DNA of 64,000 nucleotides from Eledone cirrhosa (lineage: Eukaryota). The notes beneath the pieces were generated by a model that worked only from the letters and a program-made list of their open reading frames with translations, did no database searches and was not told where the DNA came from. Where the stretch lies: contig OZ024759.1 in the NCBI GenBank assembly GCA_964016885.1, positions 32,798,001-32,862,000 on the forward strand, given 5' to 3'. A program made the translations under genes and the position numbers. This document shows, piece after piece, positions 29,197 to 44,062 of the stretch (position 1 is its first letter; each line of letters opens with the position of its first letter).

Positions 29197-29824
29197 CCTG
29201 AGTTCAAATCCCGCCGAGGTTAACTTTGCCTTTCATCCTTACGTTTTTTATTTGGGTGCCCCGTTTTTTTATGGGGGATTCCGTTTTTTATTTGGGTAAT
29301 ATATATATGTGTGTAAATGTATATTTGTGTGTAAGTATAAATATATGTATATATGCATATATATGCAAATATATATTTGTTCATATATATATTCATATAT
29401 ATACATTATATTCATATATATACATTATATATATATATATATATATATACATATACATGTGTGTGTGTGTGTATATGTTTGTGTGTGTATGTATATGTAT
29501 GTATATGTATGTGTGTATGTATGAATTTATATTTATGTTTTTTGGCAAATAAATATCTTACTTTTCAGCCGATCAAATTTTTGGAATTGTTCTTTTTCAA
29601 TAGCGTGAATATCGCCTTGTAATCGATATTCCAAACAACTGGTTGTAAAGTGTCATGAATTGAGGTAAATGGGAAGAATAATCGATTACCAGATGATGCA
29701 GACCAAACATAATATGTGCGTATGTGTGTGTGTGTTTATATATACATGTACGTATGTATGTGTGTGTATATTAATGTTTGTATATTAATGTATATATCTA
29801 TGAATGTGTATTATACATACATAC

Positions 29825-29862
<38 letters not shown>

Positions 29863-30599
29863 CACAGACAGTTTTACTCACTTGAGTCTGGCTCAGGTTA
29901 ATGACACTTTCTAAAGATGCTATGCTGTCGGATGAAACTCTTTACCTCATGTTTTCGGGGCAAACTTGCTAACCATTTGGTTATGGTACGTTCACAATTC
30001 TTAATAGTACCATTATATTAACTATAGAATATAGTAGCTCTATATTGTAGTAGTGTTTTAGCCGACATTATACTGTACTATAGAATGTAGTACGCTGTAC
30101 TATTGGTTTTTAACCGACACTATATATAAATCGCCGTAAACACCTTCATTTAAATACTTTCGTGAACAGAAAAAAATGAGGGTCCAGTTAGCATAGTTTT
30201 ACTAGAGTGTTAGGACATTATCGGCGACTGAAATCCCTCAATATGAGTCCGCAGAAACACTGCTTAACCGTACCCTATTATTATGGGTGTTTGACTAAAT
30301 CGAATTATCAAATTTGCATATATAACGCATTCTTGGCAGCTAGTATGATTAATACATTACTGAAACGTTAACAGCGTTTTATTTCAGTGCTATGTACTAG
30401 AGAATGTATAGACATATGTACATATCCTTTCTTTATAAATCCACGAAGATATTGTATATGACCACAATATACGTACATCTCTCTAAACATAGAGTGATGG
30501 CTAAAAATGTATAGATATATTCCGTAGCACAAAATGACTACCTATCTGTCTCTCTGTCTATTATCTGTCTATCTGTCTATGTATTTATATTAAACTTTT

Positions 30600-31160
30600 A
30601 TTTATTCATGAACAACAATAGGTGAGACTTCCTTTACTGGTTCATGATCCACAATAGTTGAACCTTTATTTACTGTTTCACGTAGTTGAACCTTCATTCA
30701 CTGGCTCATGTACAACACTAGTTAAACCTTCCATTATTGGCTCATGACCAACAATAGTTGATCTTTCATTTATTGGTTCATATACAACAATAGTTAAACC
30801 TTCAATTATTGGTTCATGACGAACAATAGTTGAACCTTCATTCACTGACTTATGTACATCAATAGTTAAACCTTCAATTATTGGCTCATGACCAACAATA
30901 GTTGATCTTTCATTTATTGGTTCATGTACAACAATAATTGAACTTTTAATGGCTCAAGAATAACTTAATAGTTACGTCTTCATTTACTGGCTCGCTTACA
31001 ACAATAGTTAAACTATCATTATTGGCACATGACGAACAATAGTTGAACTTTCATTTATTGGTTCATTTATTGGTTCAACAATAAGTGAACCTTCATTTGC
31101 TGGCTCAACATATAACATATCAATAGTTAAATTGAACCTTCATTTATTGGTTCATGATCA
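30600..31160. repeat. 36-bp tandem minisatellite, about 15 diverged copies
   Basis: Unit TTGGTTCATGTACAACAATAGTTGAACCTTCATTTA, with alternating GTTAAACC/GTTGA variants in the middle. Confidence 0.9.
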
Positions 31161-31779
31161 ACAATTTAAACATGAACGTGAACTAAACGAACTAAAACTT
31201 CAACATTAACGAGACCTAAATGTCACACGTAATAATATTGTATTCGAATTGCGATATGTTACTCAAGCCATAATCAATCAATGTTCAAATGGAAATTAGA
31301 TTCTCTCAAGCTTTATTACAAAATGGCTACCTACCTAACTTGCACTCTCTCTACACGTAACTTCCTAATATAAGTAGATAGCGTTGGAGTATAGTATATC
31401 CTCATTTAAAATATCAAAATATATTAATAAATAAAAAAGAACTAGCAAAACTAATGTAGTTGAAAATGATTTACGACACATATGTTGGAAATGTAATTAG
31501 ATATATGATATACAATTGTTGCTTTCTTTTGTTATCTTCGTTATTCTTCGTTATTTTATTTGGTATTTTATTATACTTTTTTGTGTGTGTTTTCATTTTG
31601 TTTTTGAAATAAGAAAATGTTTTTTCCCTTTAGAACTGAACTGTGATTCTTTTACGAAAACGTAGAGTGTTTTCTAATTGTATGAACACATACATATTTA
31701 TGTAAATACACACACTCGCATACAAACATACACACACAGACATATATATATGTAATAGATAAATAAATAAACGAATATG

Positions 31780-31783
31780 TTTA

Positions 31784-31814
<31 letters not shown>

Positions 31815-31878
31815 GTGAATATATATATATACTGTATATATGTGAATATATATATATATATATACTGTATATATGTGA

Positions 31879-31909
<31 letters not shown>

Positions 31910-31923
31910 CTATATATATGTGA

Positions 31924-31956
<33 letters not shown>

Positions 31957-31970
31957 CTATATATATGTGA

Positions 31971-32007
<37 letters not shown>

Positions 32008-32019
32008 CTGTATATATGA

Positions 32020-32059
<40 letters not shown>

Positions 32060-32213
32060 TGTATATATGTGAATATATATATATATATTTATATATATAT
32101 ACTGGATATATATATATATATATATATATATACTGTATATATGTATATATATATATATATATACTGTATATATGTGAATATATATATATTTATATATATA
32201 TACTGGATATATG

Positions 32214-32262
<49 letters not shown>

Positions 32263-32342
32263 TGTATATATGTGAATATATATATATATATATTTATATA
32301 TATATTGTATATATGTGAATATATATATATTTATATATATAT
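31780..32342. repeat. (TA)n with recurring ACTGTATATATGTGAA unit
   Basis: Direct reading. Confidence 0.85.
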
Positions 32343-32344
32343 AA

Positions 32345-33228
32345 CGAAGGAAATGTGGTTAGGAACCAGATGGACCATAACGCACCAAAGTACTCAATAC
32401 TTAGGGTAGTAGAGTCGGTAATAAGAACGAGTAGGACCCCGACGGCTAATTCAGGACTATAACGTGGGTATAACGCCGTCTAAAATTTTCTTACTGATAA
32501 TTCCTATATCTGACTTCGATGGGCTAATTAATCTAACAGAGGGTTTACTAATGAAGTCAGCCTTATGGTCTTTAAGGGTGAACCTAGGTTGCCTAGGGGT
32601 ATATGGTTGGGTATACTTTTCCAGACCTAGTTTATCCACTATGGCACATGCTTCCTTATTAATTTCATCTAAGTTTGCGCTTGTTGTCTTTTTATAGTTT
32701 CTATTTAATTCATTGTATATAAACCTACGATACGTATCATAATTTAAGCTATAAATATTTCTGGTTTTATCCGAGGTGACCAGGATATCTCTTTTATCGT
32801 TAAAGCCCTTAACTAAGGTTTCCAGTTTCATCCGGAATTTGTTGCTATTCCCATGGGGTTTTTAAACTTAATATTCCTTACTAGTGATAGGAGGTCATTC
32901 TCAAATCCATCTAGCATGGAGTTATGGGGCGGGCTCCTATAGGTTTTAAAACCGAATTTGTTATTGGGGGACACCGTGGTTGATTTCTTATTTCTCTTAT
33001 CGAAGTGGAAAGTGCGCCATCTAATACGCTTAACGAAGGAGTTGACACTAGCTATCAGTAATTTCTCATAAGTAGTCCTGGATGGGGTTGGGATGTTCTT
33101 GAGTGATATAGTCTTTAGTTAGCATGCTGCCAATCAATTATAATCATACACACAAGGTGGACGGGTTATTATGCTGCCAATACCTTAATGGGACACGGGT
33201 ATACAATACCTAACTCCTATTAACCTAA

Positions 33229-33230
<2 letters not shown>
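32345..33230 (-). mobile_element. Internally deleted Penelope-like retroelement (Naiad-type) inserted in (TA)n
   Basis: N-terminal ORF remnant followed on the same strand by a 3' terminus (GCCGTCGGGGTCC..GTATTGAGTAC..CATTTCCTTCG) that is shared with other copies; TA tracts on both sides. Confidence 0.8.
32457..33108 (-). pseudogene. Frameshifted PLE ORF, N-terminus up to the start of RT
   Basis: SLKNIPTP..Y..LLI....FVKRIRWRTFHF..FGFKT, frameshift, FENDLL, frameshift, SDKTRNIY..FTLKDHK..RLISPSKSDIGIISKKILD: motifs I recognise from Naiad/Chlamys PLE proteins. Confidence 0.8.
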
Positions 33231-33263
<33 letters not shown>

Positions 33264-33305
33264 AATATATATATATAGATATATATGGCAATATATATAT
33301 ATATT

Positions 33306-33336
<31 letters not shown>

Positions 33337-33338
<2 letters not shown>

Positions 33339-33666
33339 GCAAAAGTTTTATTTAAAATTGTTGGGTTACAACGAGTAAATATTTTATAACTGATATAAAA
33401 GCACTCAACAGTTTCTGGAGTAGGTTTACGATATTAAACAAATGGAAACTATATTTATAAAACCATATTTATTTCGTTATATATATTTCTGGGATATCAT
33501 ATTAAAAATATGGTATGCCTTCCTCAGACAAAATACAATACATATATTTATGTATTGTATTTTGTCTGAGGAAGGCATACCATATTTTTAATATGATATC
33601 CCAGAAATATATATAACGAAATAAATATGGTTTTATAAATATAGTTTCCATTTGTTTAATATCGTA
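33337..33666. mobile_element. Fold-back PLE-type terminal element (family A) with hammerhead-like core on both strands
   Basis: Near-perfect ~115-bp arms at 33427-33666; plus strand CTGAGGA at 33566 and GAAATAT at 33604. Confidence 0.7.
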
Positions 33667-33726
33667 TATATATATATAAAGTGGACAATCTCACCAACAC
33701 AACATACGCCAGAACACGTGGAAACA

Positions 33727-33804
<78 letters not shown>

Positions 33805-33826
33805 GTGAATTTAGCTATATATGTGA

Positions 33827-33875
<49 letters not shown>

Positions 33876-34445
33876 TATGTATATATATATAAATACATAT
33901 ATAAATATATATATAAATATATAAGCATACTTGCGTGTATATGGAAATTGTTAGAAAATGTTTCTATTTCATTCTACCTTTCTCTCCCTGTCTTTCTTTC
34001 ATCTTCTCCCTCTTTGTCTTCATCCTCAACATTATGATAAACACCATATTCTCGTTCGTATTCTTACATAAAAGATAATTTTTCCCATTACTCGCAAAAC
34101 AAATTAGCTTGAGGAGGTTTCTCTTCGTCAATAATTAAGCGAATTCGACCCAATTATGTGTATTTAAAGACGACGTCTAGAAGGGTGCATTAAATTAAGT
34201 GACTTCCTTTGAAAAGCTATACAACAGGCCCTTAAGATATAATTAACAGATATTGAAAACATCGAGAAGTAAAAAAAAATGGCATAGGAAGTGTTCTAAC
34301 AGTTACGACTTTGTCTATACTTTCAAGCAACTGGCGTGACAAAATTTAAGGATTCTCTGTCGTCTTTGAAAACGGTGAGATAAGGAAGAAAAAAGAAAGA
34401 AACCACACACACACACACACACACACGCACACACACACACACACA

Positions 34446-34477
<32 letters not shown>

Positions 34478-34654
34478 TACACACACACGCGCAAACAAAC
34501 GTGCAAAAAGAACAGTCAGAGAAACAATAATAATTGCTAGAAACCTCCAGTTCTTTTCTAAGTTCATTCGATTTCAGAATGCCCCAAGAAATTACGTATT
34601 TTCAGATATGTAGGATAAAATAAAGTAAGGAGATAAAAAAGAAACTGATCGTTA

Positions 34655-34925
34655 GTTCGGACCGAGGAAACAATGTTTCCGTTGGTATTTCCATTGTTGA
34701 TACTAACTATGACAGCTTATAACAAGAAGAAAAAAAAAAACCAATCATCAAAATGGACCAGGGAAACAATGTTTCCATTAGTCTATTCATTGCTGATACT
34801 ATCTACCAGAAACATATCCACTATTTTTTCCATTGCTGATACTATGTTCCTTTAGAAGGGAGCCAGCCATCAGTTCGGACCATGGGAACAATGTTTCCAT
34901 TGGTCTTTCCATTGCTAATACTATC
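34655..34925. repeat. Three diverged copies of GGACC..GGAAACAATGTTTCC..TTCCATTGCTGATACTA
   Basis: Copies at about 34658, 34754 and 34877, each with the GGAAACA-a-TGTTTCC palindrome; a Helitron-like 5' end (minus TCTATATATAAA..CCGTCCGT) lies at 35014. Confidence 0.65.
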
Positions 34926-35362
34926 CTTCCTTCCTTTTACTCACACATACATTCAGACAAACACACTCACCTTGTGTAACGGACGGACGGAAATAGCTCA
35001 AATTTATATATAGATGACGTAAAAAGGCGTATCTAAATGCCACGAAGTACTTTGTTCAATCCACCATAACGACACTGCCAATTCCACCGCCAAATCACCA
35101 GCATAATAATGGGAAAGTTAGTTACATTGCTAAACCTATCCAAAAATATTAAGTATAAACAAAATGATTGGAAGACCAGAGATAATATGGCGAAGAAAGG
35201 GTTATCATATTATATTTAGTTGAGTGTAATACTTAATATATAAAAGTGTTGAGTTTGTAGATATTTTATTTCAATATTTAATCGACGCCTGCGATCATGT
35301 CTAGGTCGTCAGGAATGATCTATATATAATTGAGGTATATATATACAGTAAGACAGACCCCC

Positions 35363-35426
<64 letters not shown>

Positions 35427-35496
35427 ATCGTGTCATGTTTGGTTGCAAAGAAGTTTTGTGTGTACGAGTCATAATAAATAAATAAATATTAACTTT

Positions 35497-35532
<36 letters not shown>

Positions 35533-36069
35533 AACACTTTCTTGTTGACATTTTCGTTTCGTATTTAGTTATACATATATACGTGACACACTCACACACA
35601 CACATATATATATATATATATCTATATATATATAAAACTAAATAAACATGATTACTTAAACATGTATATCTGTCTATAAATATATATGTATATATAATAT
35701 ATAATATACATATATATGTATACATACACATTATGTGTGCGTGTGTATGTGTGTGCATACTTTATTTACAAGTAATCAGATATGAAACTTTCAAGAGAAC
35801 GGTTGTATATACTCCTTTTGAAGTTCCATCGTTTTAGGATCGCAATTTAATAAATGTGTGTAGTAAACCCAAACATACACACACACATACCTACATACAC
35901 ATATACACACCCACATATACTTACACAAATACACATAAAATCATTCATATATACACATACATATATATATTCATATATACACGCCACACAAATATCTTTA
36001 TCTAATATAAGCATAATCATTTCAAACTTTTCAACGACTTTCTGACTCACTTATCCCCTCTACATACAT

Positions 36070-36151
<82 letters not shown>

Positions 36152-36153
36152 TT

Positions 36154-36189
<36 letters not shown>

Positions 36190-36194
36190 TACAA

Positions 36195-36760
36195 TATATT
36201 AACAAATAGAAACTAACTATATTTATTTCATTATACATATTTCAAGGACACCAAAGCAAATTATGGTGCGCTTTCATCAGATAAAATATAATATATATCA
36301 GTTTTATAAACAAATATTGACATACCCTTAAAGAATGCGACCATGTCGGTTGGAAGCTCTCGGATAGTGTGGCTACTAATTTTATTATTGGTCTATTATG
36401 CAAATTAGTGTTGGAGAGGTTTAAATCACGTACATTTAAATTAAGCCGTTGGCATAATAGACCAATAATAAAATTAGTAGCCCCACTATCCGGGAGCTTC
36501 CAACAAACATGGTCGCATTCTTTAAGGGTATGTCAATATTTGTTTATAAAACTGATCTATATTATATTTTATCTGATGAAAGAGCACCATAATTTGCTTT
36601 GGTGTCCTTGAAATATGTATAATGAAATAAATAAGGTTTTATAAATATAGTTTCCATTTGTTAATATATTGTATTTTTACTCAAAAAATTTGTTGAGTGC
36701 TTTATATCAGTTATAAAAATATTTGCTTGTTGTATCCCAACAAATTAAATATAACTTATA
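36195..36760. mobile_element. Fold-back PLE-type element (family A)
   Basis: Arms about 36225-36400 and 36452-36630 are inverted with a few mismatches; hammerhead-like cores at 36231-36284 (-) and 36569-36622 (+). Confidence 0.75.
36569..36622 (+). ncRNA. Type I hammerhead-like ribozyme motif
   Basis: TTAT-CTGATGA-AAGAGCACCA[loop]TGGTGTCCTT-GAA-ATAT-GT-ATAA: core boxes, paired stem II, palindromic minimal stem III and stem I TTAT/ATAA. Confidence 0.6.
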
Positions 36761-36807
36761 TATATATAAAATTTTAAATGTGTGCGTCACAACGCAAATG
36801 ACTATAT

Positions 36808-36985
36808 TAATTGTTTCTACTTTTGGCACAAGGCCACCAATTACCCAGTGCATTACTGGTACTTTATTTTATCGACCCCGTAAGGATGAAAGGCAAAGTT
36901 AACCTCGGCGGGATTTGAACTCAGATCATAAAGGGACGTAACTACGCTGGAAAGCCTGTCTGACTCTCTACCAATACTGCCAAAT
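36808..36985 (-). mobile_element. SINE
   Basis: Reverse-complement match. Confidence 0.9.
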
Positions 36986-37096
36986 CTATAATAATAGTAG
37001 TCGGTCCTTATTAATACTAGTTTAGAAAATCAGGTATTGTGCTGAAGGAGAGGGAAAAAAGAGCATACACATTTGAAATGTATATATATATATACA

Positions 37097-37177
37097 TACA
37101 GGGTGTCTCCCAAAAATGTATACACACTTTAACAACATTCTAATAAATATATGTATACATTTGTGGGACACCCTGTA
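37097..37177. mobile_element. Tiny Tc1/mariner-type MITE
   Basis: TA|CAGGGTGTCTCCCAAAAATGTATACA ... TGTATACATTTGTGGGACACCCTG|TA. Confidence 0.75.
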
Positions 37178-37302
37178 TATATATATATATATACATTTGC
37201 ACACACACACACACACACACACAGTATATATATATATATACATTTGTACACATACACACACACACACACAGTATATATATATATATACATTTGTACACAT
37301 AC

Positions 37303-37352
<50 letters not shown>

Positions 37353-37819
37353 GACATATATATATATATATTTGTAACCCCCCCTTACACTCACACATAT
37401 ATATGTATAAATACTTATATAAGTATTATATGTCTAATACTTATATAAGTATATATATGTATAATACTTATATAAGTATATGTATATATAAAAGTATATA
37501 CGTATATAAGAATCTGAATGCATTGGTGTATGTATGCATGTGTATGAGTTTATGACTGTGGAGTCTTCGATGTAGTCTGCATTAAAATGTCTTTAGAGAC
37601 GGCTGCACTTAAAAGCTGAAACGAACGAAAGTGCAGCTTCGTACAAACAGATTTTAGAATTTTTGGTAATTCCTAAATCATTTTCAATTTGGTAAAACAA
37701 TTCATTACACGAGACCCAGAATGGTTTAAAGATTTATAGGGCAACCATACGTAGTTTCTCAGAAATTATTGGATCTCTCTCTCTCTCTCTTTGTATATAT
37801 ATATATATATATATATATA

Positions 37820-37928
37820 CAAGTTAAAACAATGAAATAAAAAAATCAAGTCATTAGAGATATACTTCACTGCTTTACGATTGTATATCTCTAATGACTT
37901 GATTTTTTATTTCATTCTTTTAACTTAT
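37820..37928. repeat. Inverted repeat with ~45-bp arms and a 17-nt spacer
   Basis: AAGTTAAAA..TCAAGTCATTAGAGATATAC / GTATATCTCTAATGACTTGA..TTTTAACTT. Confidence 0.85.
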
Positions 37929-38070
37929 ATCATGACTTTGTTTTCCTTTTAATGTTTTATTGTTTTCCGGGATTTATCTTAACCTACAACATTTTCAACA
38001 TATGGATTACATCGAGTTCTTCATGCAGAATAGACCCCACAACTTACTGCGGATACCTGTGTATATATAT

Positions 38071-38160
38071 ATGTAAAAGGTAAACAGAAATAACAACACA
38101 ATCGGTACTGTATATGGAAGGGATATATTAGGTTAACACTTGATATAGCAGGAAGAGGAT
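38071..38160 (+). repeat. Dispersed repeat, with copies at 52311-52390 and an inverted end at 51203-51226
   Basis: TGTAAAAGGTAAACAGAAATAACA..GAAGGGATATATTAGGTTAAC.CTTGATATA.CAGGAAG; all copies border microsatellites. Confidence 0.75.
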
Positions 38161-38174
38161 GCACATCTATTAAA

Positions 38175-38273
<99 letters not shown>

Positions 38274-38307
38274 ATGTGAGTTTAATGGATGTGTATTTAC
38301 CTATATA

Positions 38308-38352
<45 letters not shown>

Positions 38353-39263
38353 TTGGCCTGAGTCGACAGGACTGTTTTGAAACACGAAAGAATCGAGTGT
38401 TTATAGATACGACGACAAAAACATTTGAGAAATATATATATGTATATCTAGTTATCTATATACTATCTTTCTATATATCTATCTCTCTATATCCCTCTCT
38501 CGTTATATATATATATATATATACATTTACATTAGAATGTATGTTTAAAATACCACAATACATAAAACATTCAAACAGCCTATGAATGAACGCTGAATAG
38601 ATGTAGGTAGAATGTAAAGACATGGCAGGGATTTCGAAGTTTAAACTCGGCCGCTTCATTTATTTTGAAAGACACGAAAAAGAGTCAAGAGTTTAGAGAT
38701 AGGAGGACAATAACATTTAAACTATCTTGATTGATATCAGAAAATATCGGATTGAAATAGGAATTTCTCGTCTGCTGAGGTGATAGTTGTAATAAAGATA
38801 AGAACGGCTTTGATTTATTTTTACACACGTAGAAGACTATAAAGGAGGAAATATAGTCTTATTCTAAATAACGATGAAATTCTGATAACAATCAAAGCCA
38901 TACTTATTTTATTAGGATAGTTCTTTTTTTAAATATCCTTATTTTATATTTTATTTTTTCTTTATATTTCGTTACGTAATTTTTATTTTTAATTTAGTTT
39001 AGTATTCCAAGGCAGAGTGGTTAAAGCGTTGGATAGAACACGTTAAGGTATATGTTCCGTGTCTCTGTATTCTGAGTTCAATTACCGTCCTCGTCTATTG
39101 CTGAATCACCTCTTTGACTTAGGTGTAGAGTCTGCCACACTCTCCCCATTCACCTTTCTTTCGTTGCTTAATAATCTTTGTTCTCCTACTTTTCCTCTCT
39201 TAAAAAATCCTTATTTTGTAGGGGAACAAGACTGCAATATGTATGTATGTTGAAACACATAGA

Positions 39264-39309
<46 letters not shown>

Positions 39310-39381
39310 GGAACATTCAAGACCCCAAGTATCGAGTACTCTGGTAAGTAAGGGTCTAACTGTTTTTACCGCCTTCATTCT

Positions 39382-39418
<37 letters not shown>

Positions 39419-39514
39419 GGTATCAAAACATATCAAATATACTTGATATTCGTGCTTCTCAATAAAAAAGGTTTATTTGTTTGTCCAGAGAAATAATAAT
39501 TTAAATTCAAAGAA

Positions 39515-39545
<31 letters not shown>

Positions 39546-39879
39546 CACATAATATATATATATACACACAGACGGCTGTATGCATGTATGTAGAAACATT
39601 TAAACTTTCGTCTTTCCCGAGAGGGTAAAGACTGTAGAAAGCTCAGTATTGGTGTAACCTTCTATCCCTTACCCTGTCACGTATTTGAGTTTCTGAAAGG
39701 GTCAAAAGAGAAGGGTTGAGGACACGGTTGCATCGTGCACCCTTCCAAGTCATACTCGATTGTGAAGGAATTCTACCAAATAACGTCGATCTATGTTAGT
39801 TGGACATTGTATAGGTCTTTCACGTATGTGTGTGTGTATATATATAGAGGTAAATGTGCATCGTTATATATATGCAGCA

Positions 39880-39974
<95 letters not shown>

Positions 39975-40017
39975 CACACATAGGGACACTGACACACAGG
40001 TATATATATGAATATAC

Positions 40018-40061
<44 letters not shown>

Positions 40062-40724
40062 ATATATACGTAGGTATATATATGCATACATTAGTGTTTG
40101 ACTATATGTAAGCTGTATACTTAATTGCATATCTGATAATATCTACAGAAGAATATAAATCATTCACTTTTGTCAGCCGGTCGTATATATATAATATAAT
40201 ATAATATAATTTAATATTCTATTATATTACATATATCTTATATGATAATATATTACATTATATTTTATTATATTATGGTATACGTTTATATATTACATTA
40301 TAAGTTATATCCCGCATCTCCTCCCTTCTTTCTGCGATCAATACCACGCAGAATGGTTTATTTCTATACAACAAACTTGTAGCGGTTTGTACTTTAGGAA
40401 TATCTACCTTGAAACATAGTTTAGTAGTTATCTGTTGTGAAGAAGTAGAGTTTTGTAACTTTTGTTTCTTTTTCCTAACCTTTTCTCTTTTCACTCCTCG
40501 CCATTATAACCCTTCACACCCGCCCCGTTCACAATGCTAAATGTTGGCTTAAGGCATCATAAGGCCACGTTCTAAGGTCATTTCAGTTAAAAAGAATTCT
40601 AACCATATAGGCCTCTACAAAACGATTAGATTTTGAAAAAACAAAACAAAACAAACAGGAGAAACACAAACTCACCCCCAAACAATAACTGCAGCACCAA
40701 ATCATATATATGTATATATATTAT

Positions 40725-40857
<133 letters not shown>

Positions 40858-40860
40858 AAT

Positions 40861-40897
<37 letters not shown>

Positions 40898-40898
40898 A

Positions 40899-40983
<85 letters not shown>

Positions 40984-41053
40984 AATATATATATATACAT
41001 ATATACATATACATACACATATCTGCATACAAAATTATAAATATATGTGTGTG

Positions 41054-41121
<68 letters not shown>

Positions 41122-41777
41122 AATGTATATATGTATATATATTAGGTATTTATTTACGTATATATATCTCACTCACGCAATCACTCTCTCTTTCTATGTA
41201 TGTATGCATGTATGTATGTATGTATGTATATATAGTGTGTGTATGTGTGTATCTGTGTGTGTATATATATGCATACTATACACAATAGAGAAATGGGGTT
41301 TCATGTACTAAACGTTACATTCGATTGACATTAATGTAAAACCTTTCTATATTTGACCCCGGGATGAAGGAAGGAAGAAAGAAGCCCCCCCCCCCCCAAA
41401 AAAAAATAAATACAAATCAAATATCAAAATAAAATGAATATAAAAATAATAACATAACAAAAACACAGAAATAATACACAAAATATAATAGTATAATATA
41501 GAACGGAAACTGAACGAAATTGTTTACAGGGGGACGGGGCTGGCTGGTGTTGTGGGCCAAAAAGAAAGAAAAAGAGAAATACCCCCAAAAAGGTTATTTC
41601 TGATTGATACAAAACCTACCGTTAACCTTTCCAATACAACAACAACAATAACAACAATAACGTTTACAACAACAGGAATAAGAAAATGGCGGTTCATGGT
41701 ATTATGTTCTATTATATAGCGTTCAATGATATATGTATTTATTAAACAAGATGAAAGCATAACAATAACAATAACAA

Positions 41778-42250
41778 TAATTGTTTCTACTTTAGGCACA
41801 AGGCCAGCAATTACCCCAGTGCATTACTGGTACTTTATTTTATCGACCCCGTAAGGATGAAAGGCAAAGTTAACCTCGGCGGGATTTGAACTCAGATCGT
41901 AAAGGGACGTAACTATGCTGGAAAGCATGGCGTTCGACCCTCTCCCGATACTGCCAATTCCCCGCCCTAACCTCTGCAGATTTGAACTCAGAACGTAAAG
42001 GCCCGTAACCCTATGCTACAAAGCGTGGTGTCTGACGCTCTACCGATTAATAATAATGGTTTCTTATATAGACACGAGGCCAGCAATTTGGGAGGAGGGG
42101 AAAGTCGATTAAATCGACCCCAGTGCGTTACTGGTACTTTATTTTACCGACCCCGTAAGGATGAAAGGCAAAGTTAACCTCGGCAGGATTAACTCTATGC
42201 TGCAAAACATGGCGTCCGACCCTCTACCGTTACTGCCAATCCACCACCCT
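41778..42250 (-). mobile_element. Tandem cluster of SINEs (41778-41968 full, 41975-42048 head, 42055-42250 variant)
   Basis: Reverse-complement matches to the SINE consensus. Confidence 0.88.
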
Positions 42251-42472
42251 AATAATAATAATAATAATGTTCTCATCGTCTTGTGAGCACTGGGTACTGT
42301 CTGGAAGAGTTTTCAAGGCTGGCTAAAGACCCTCTACAGATACTGCTAATAATAATGTCCCCATCATCTTAGAAGCGCTGGCTAAACACCATCACACCGC
42401 CCCCTCCCTGTTTTCGAACACTTCAAAAGGCACGCCTAGTGGAATATTCTACCTTAGAACCGACGGAGGTCC

Positions 42473-42585
<113 letters not shown>

Positions 42586-42829
42586 GGTTTTGTGCCTATA
42601 TCAGAAGTCATTAACCAACTACTAACTAATAATATCAGAATATAATACAAAGCAAAAAGGAAAAAATAATTGAAAAAACAGTAAAAATATAGATAGTAGT
42701 CATGGTAACAGAAAGTTCATAATGTCCGCCAAGACGAGGAAGTAATATTGGACACGTATATTTTAATTTAATTAGAACAATCACTTAAAAACACTTGGCC
42801 TGCAGTATGATAGTTGTTAATGAGCTATG

Positions 42830-42892
<63 letters not shown>

Positions 42893-42911
42893 CTCTCTCT
42901 TATATATATAT

Positions 42912-44062
42912 ATGCAAAAGTTCTATTTAAATTGTTGGGATACAACAAGCAAATATTTTATAACTGATATAAAGCACTCAACAAGTATTTGGAGTAAACA
43001 TACGATATTAACAAATGGAAACTATATTTATAAGTTAAATTATGATGTGCTTTCATCAGATAAAATATAATATAGATCAGTTTTATAAATAAATATTGAC
43101 ATACCCTTAAAAAATGCAACCATTACTGTTGGAAGCTCCCGGATAGTGGAGTTGTTTAATTATATTATTATTAGTATTGGATATTTTTATTTTTAAAATA
43201 AGCCGTTGGGTTACAGAGAAAGAAAAAGATAAAGAAGGAGAGAGAGAAAAAGTGTGTATAACATAAAATTTCCTTTAATATCTTAACAATTATAACATTT
43301 TAAAGATTCCTATATCTTAAATTAAATTAAAGAATCCTTTATGCTTTGTGTGTATATATTATATACGTAGTTAGATATGTATATGTATTTTAGAAGTGTG
43401 TATATATATTTATATGTATTTTTGCGTGTGTATACGTATTATATGATATGTTGTTCTCTAGTAATATATGGATTTCTTAATGTATAGATCCCAATTTTTA
43501 ATATATTGATCTCAATTTTTAAATGATTAACTAAACATCTAATCATATTTAAACAATGATTAATTTCTCATATTATATATGTATATTCCATTCATGATTA
43601 TTAACATTTCTAATTTTATTTATTCATTTCATCTCAATTGTTAAGTTAACTCAACAAGATATGACTTAGAGTTTTTCGTTCTCTCCCCTTCTCTCTGTCT
43701 CCTCTGTCTATCTATATCTTTCTCTCTCTGTTGTTTTGGTATCTCTCTCTCTCTTTTCCCTCTCTCTCTCTTTTTCTCTCTCTCCTTCTTTATCTTTCTC
43801 TTTCTCCGTAACCCAACGGCTTATTTTAAAAATAAAAATATCCAAAACTAATAATAATATAATTAAAGCTACAACTTCACCATCCGGGAGCTTCCAATAG
43901 TAATGGTTGCATTTTTTAAGGGTATGTCAATATTTATTTATAAAACTGATCTATATTATATTTTGTCTGATGAAAGCACACCATAATTTAACTTGGTGTC
44001 CTTGAAATATGTATAATGAAATAAAAATGGTTTTATAAATATAGTTTCCATTTGTTAATATC

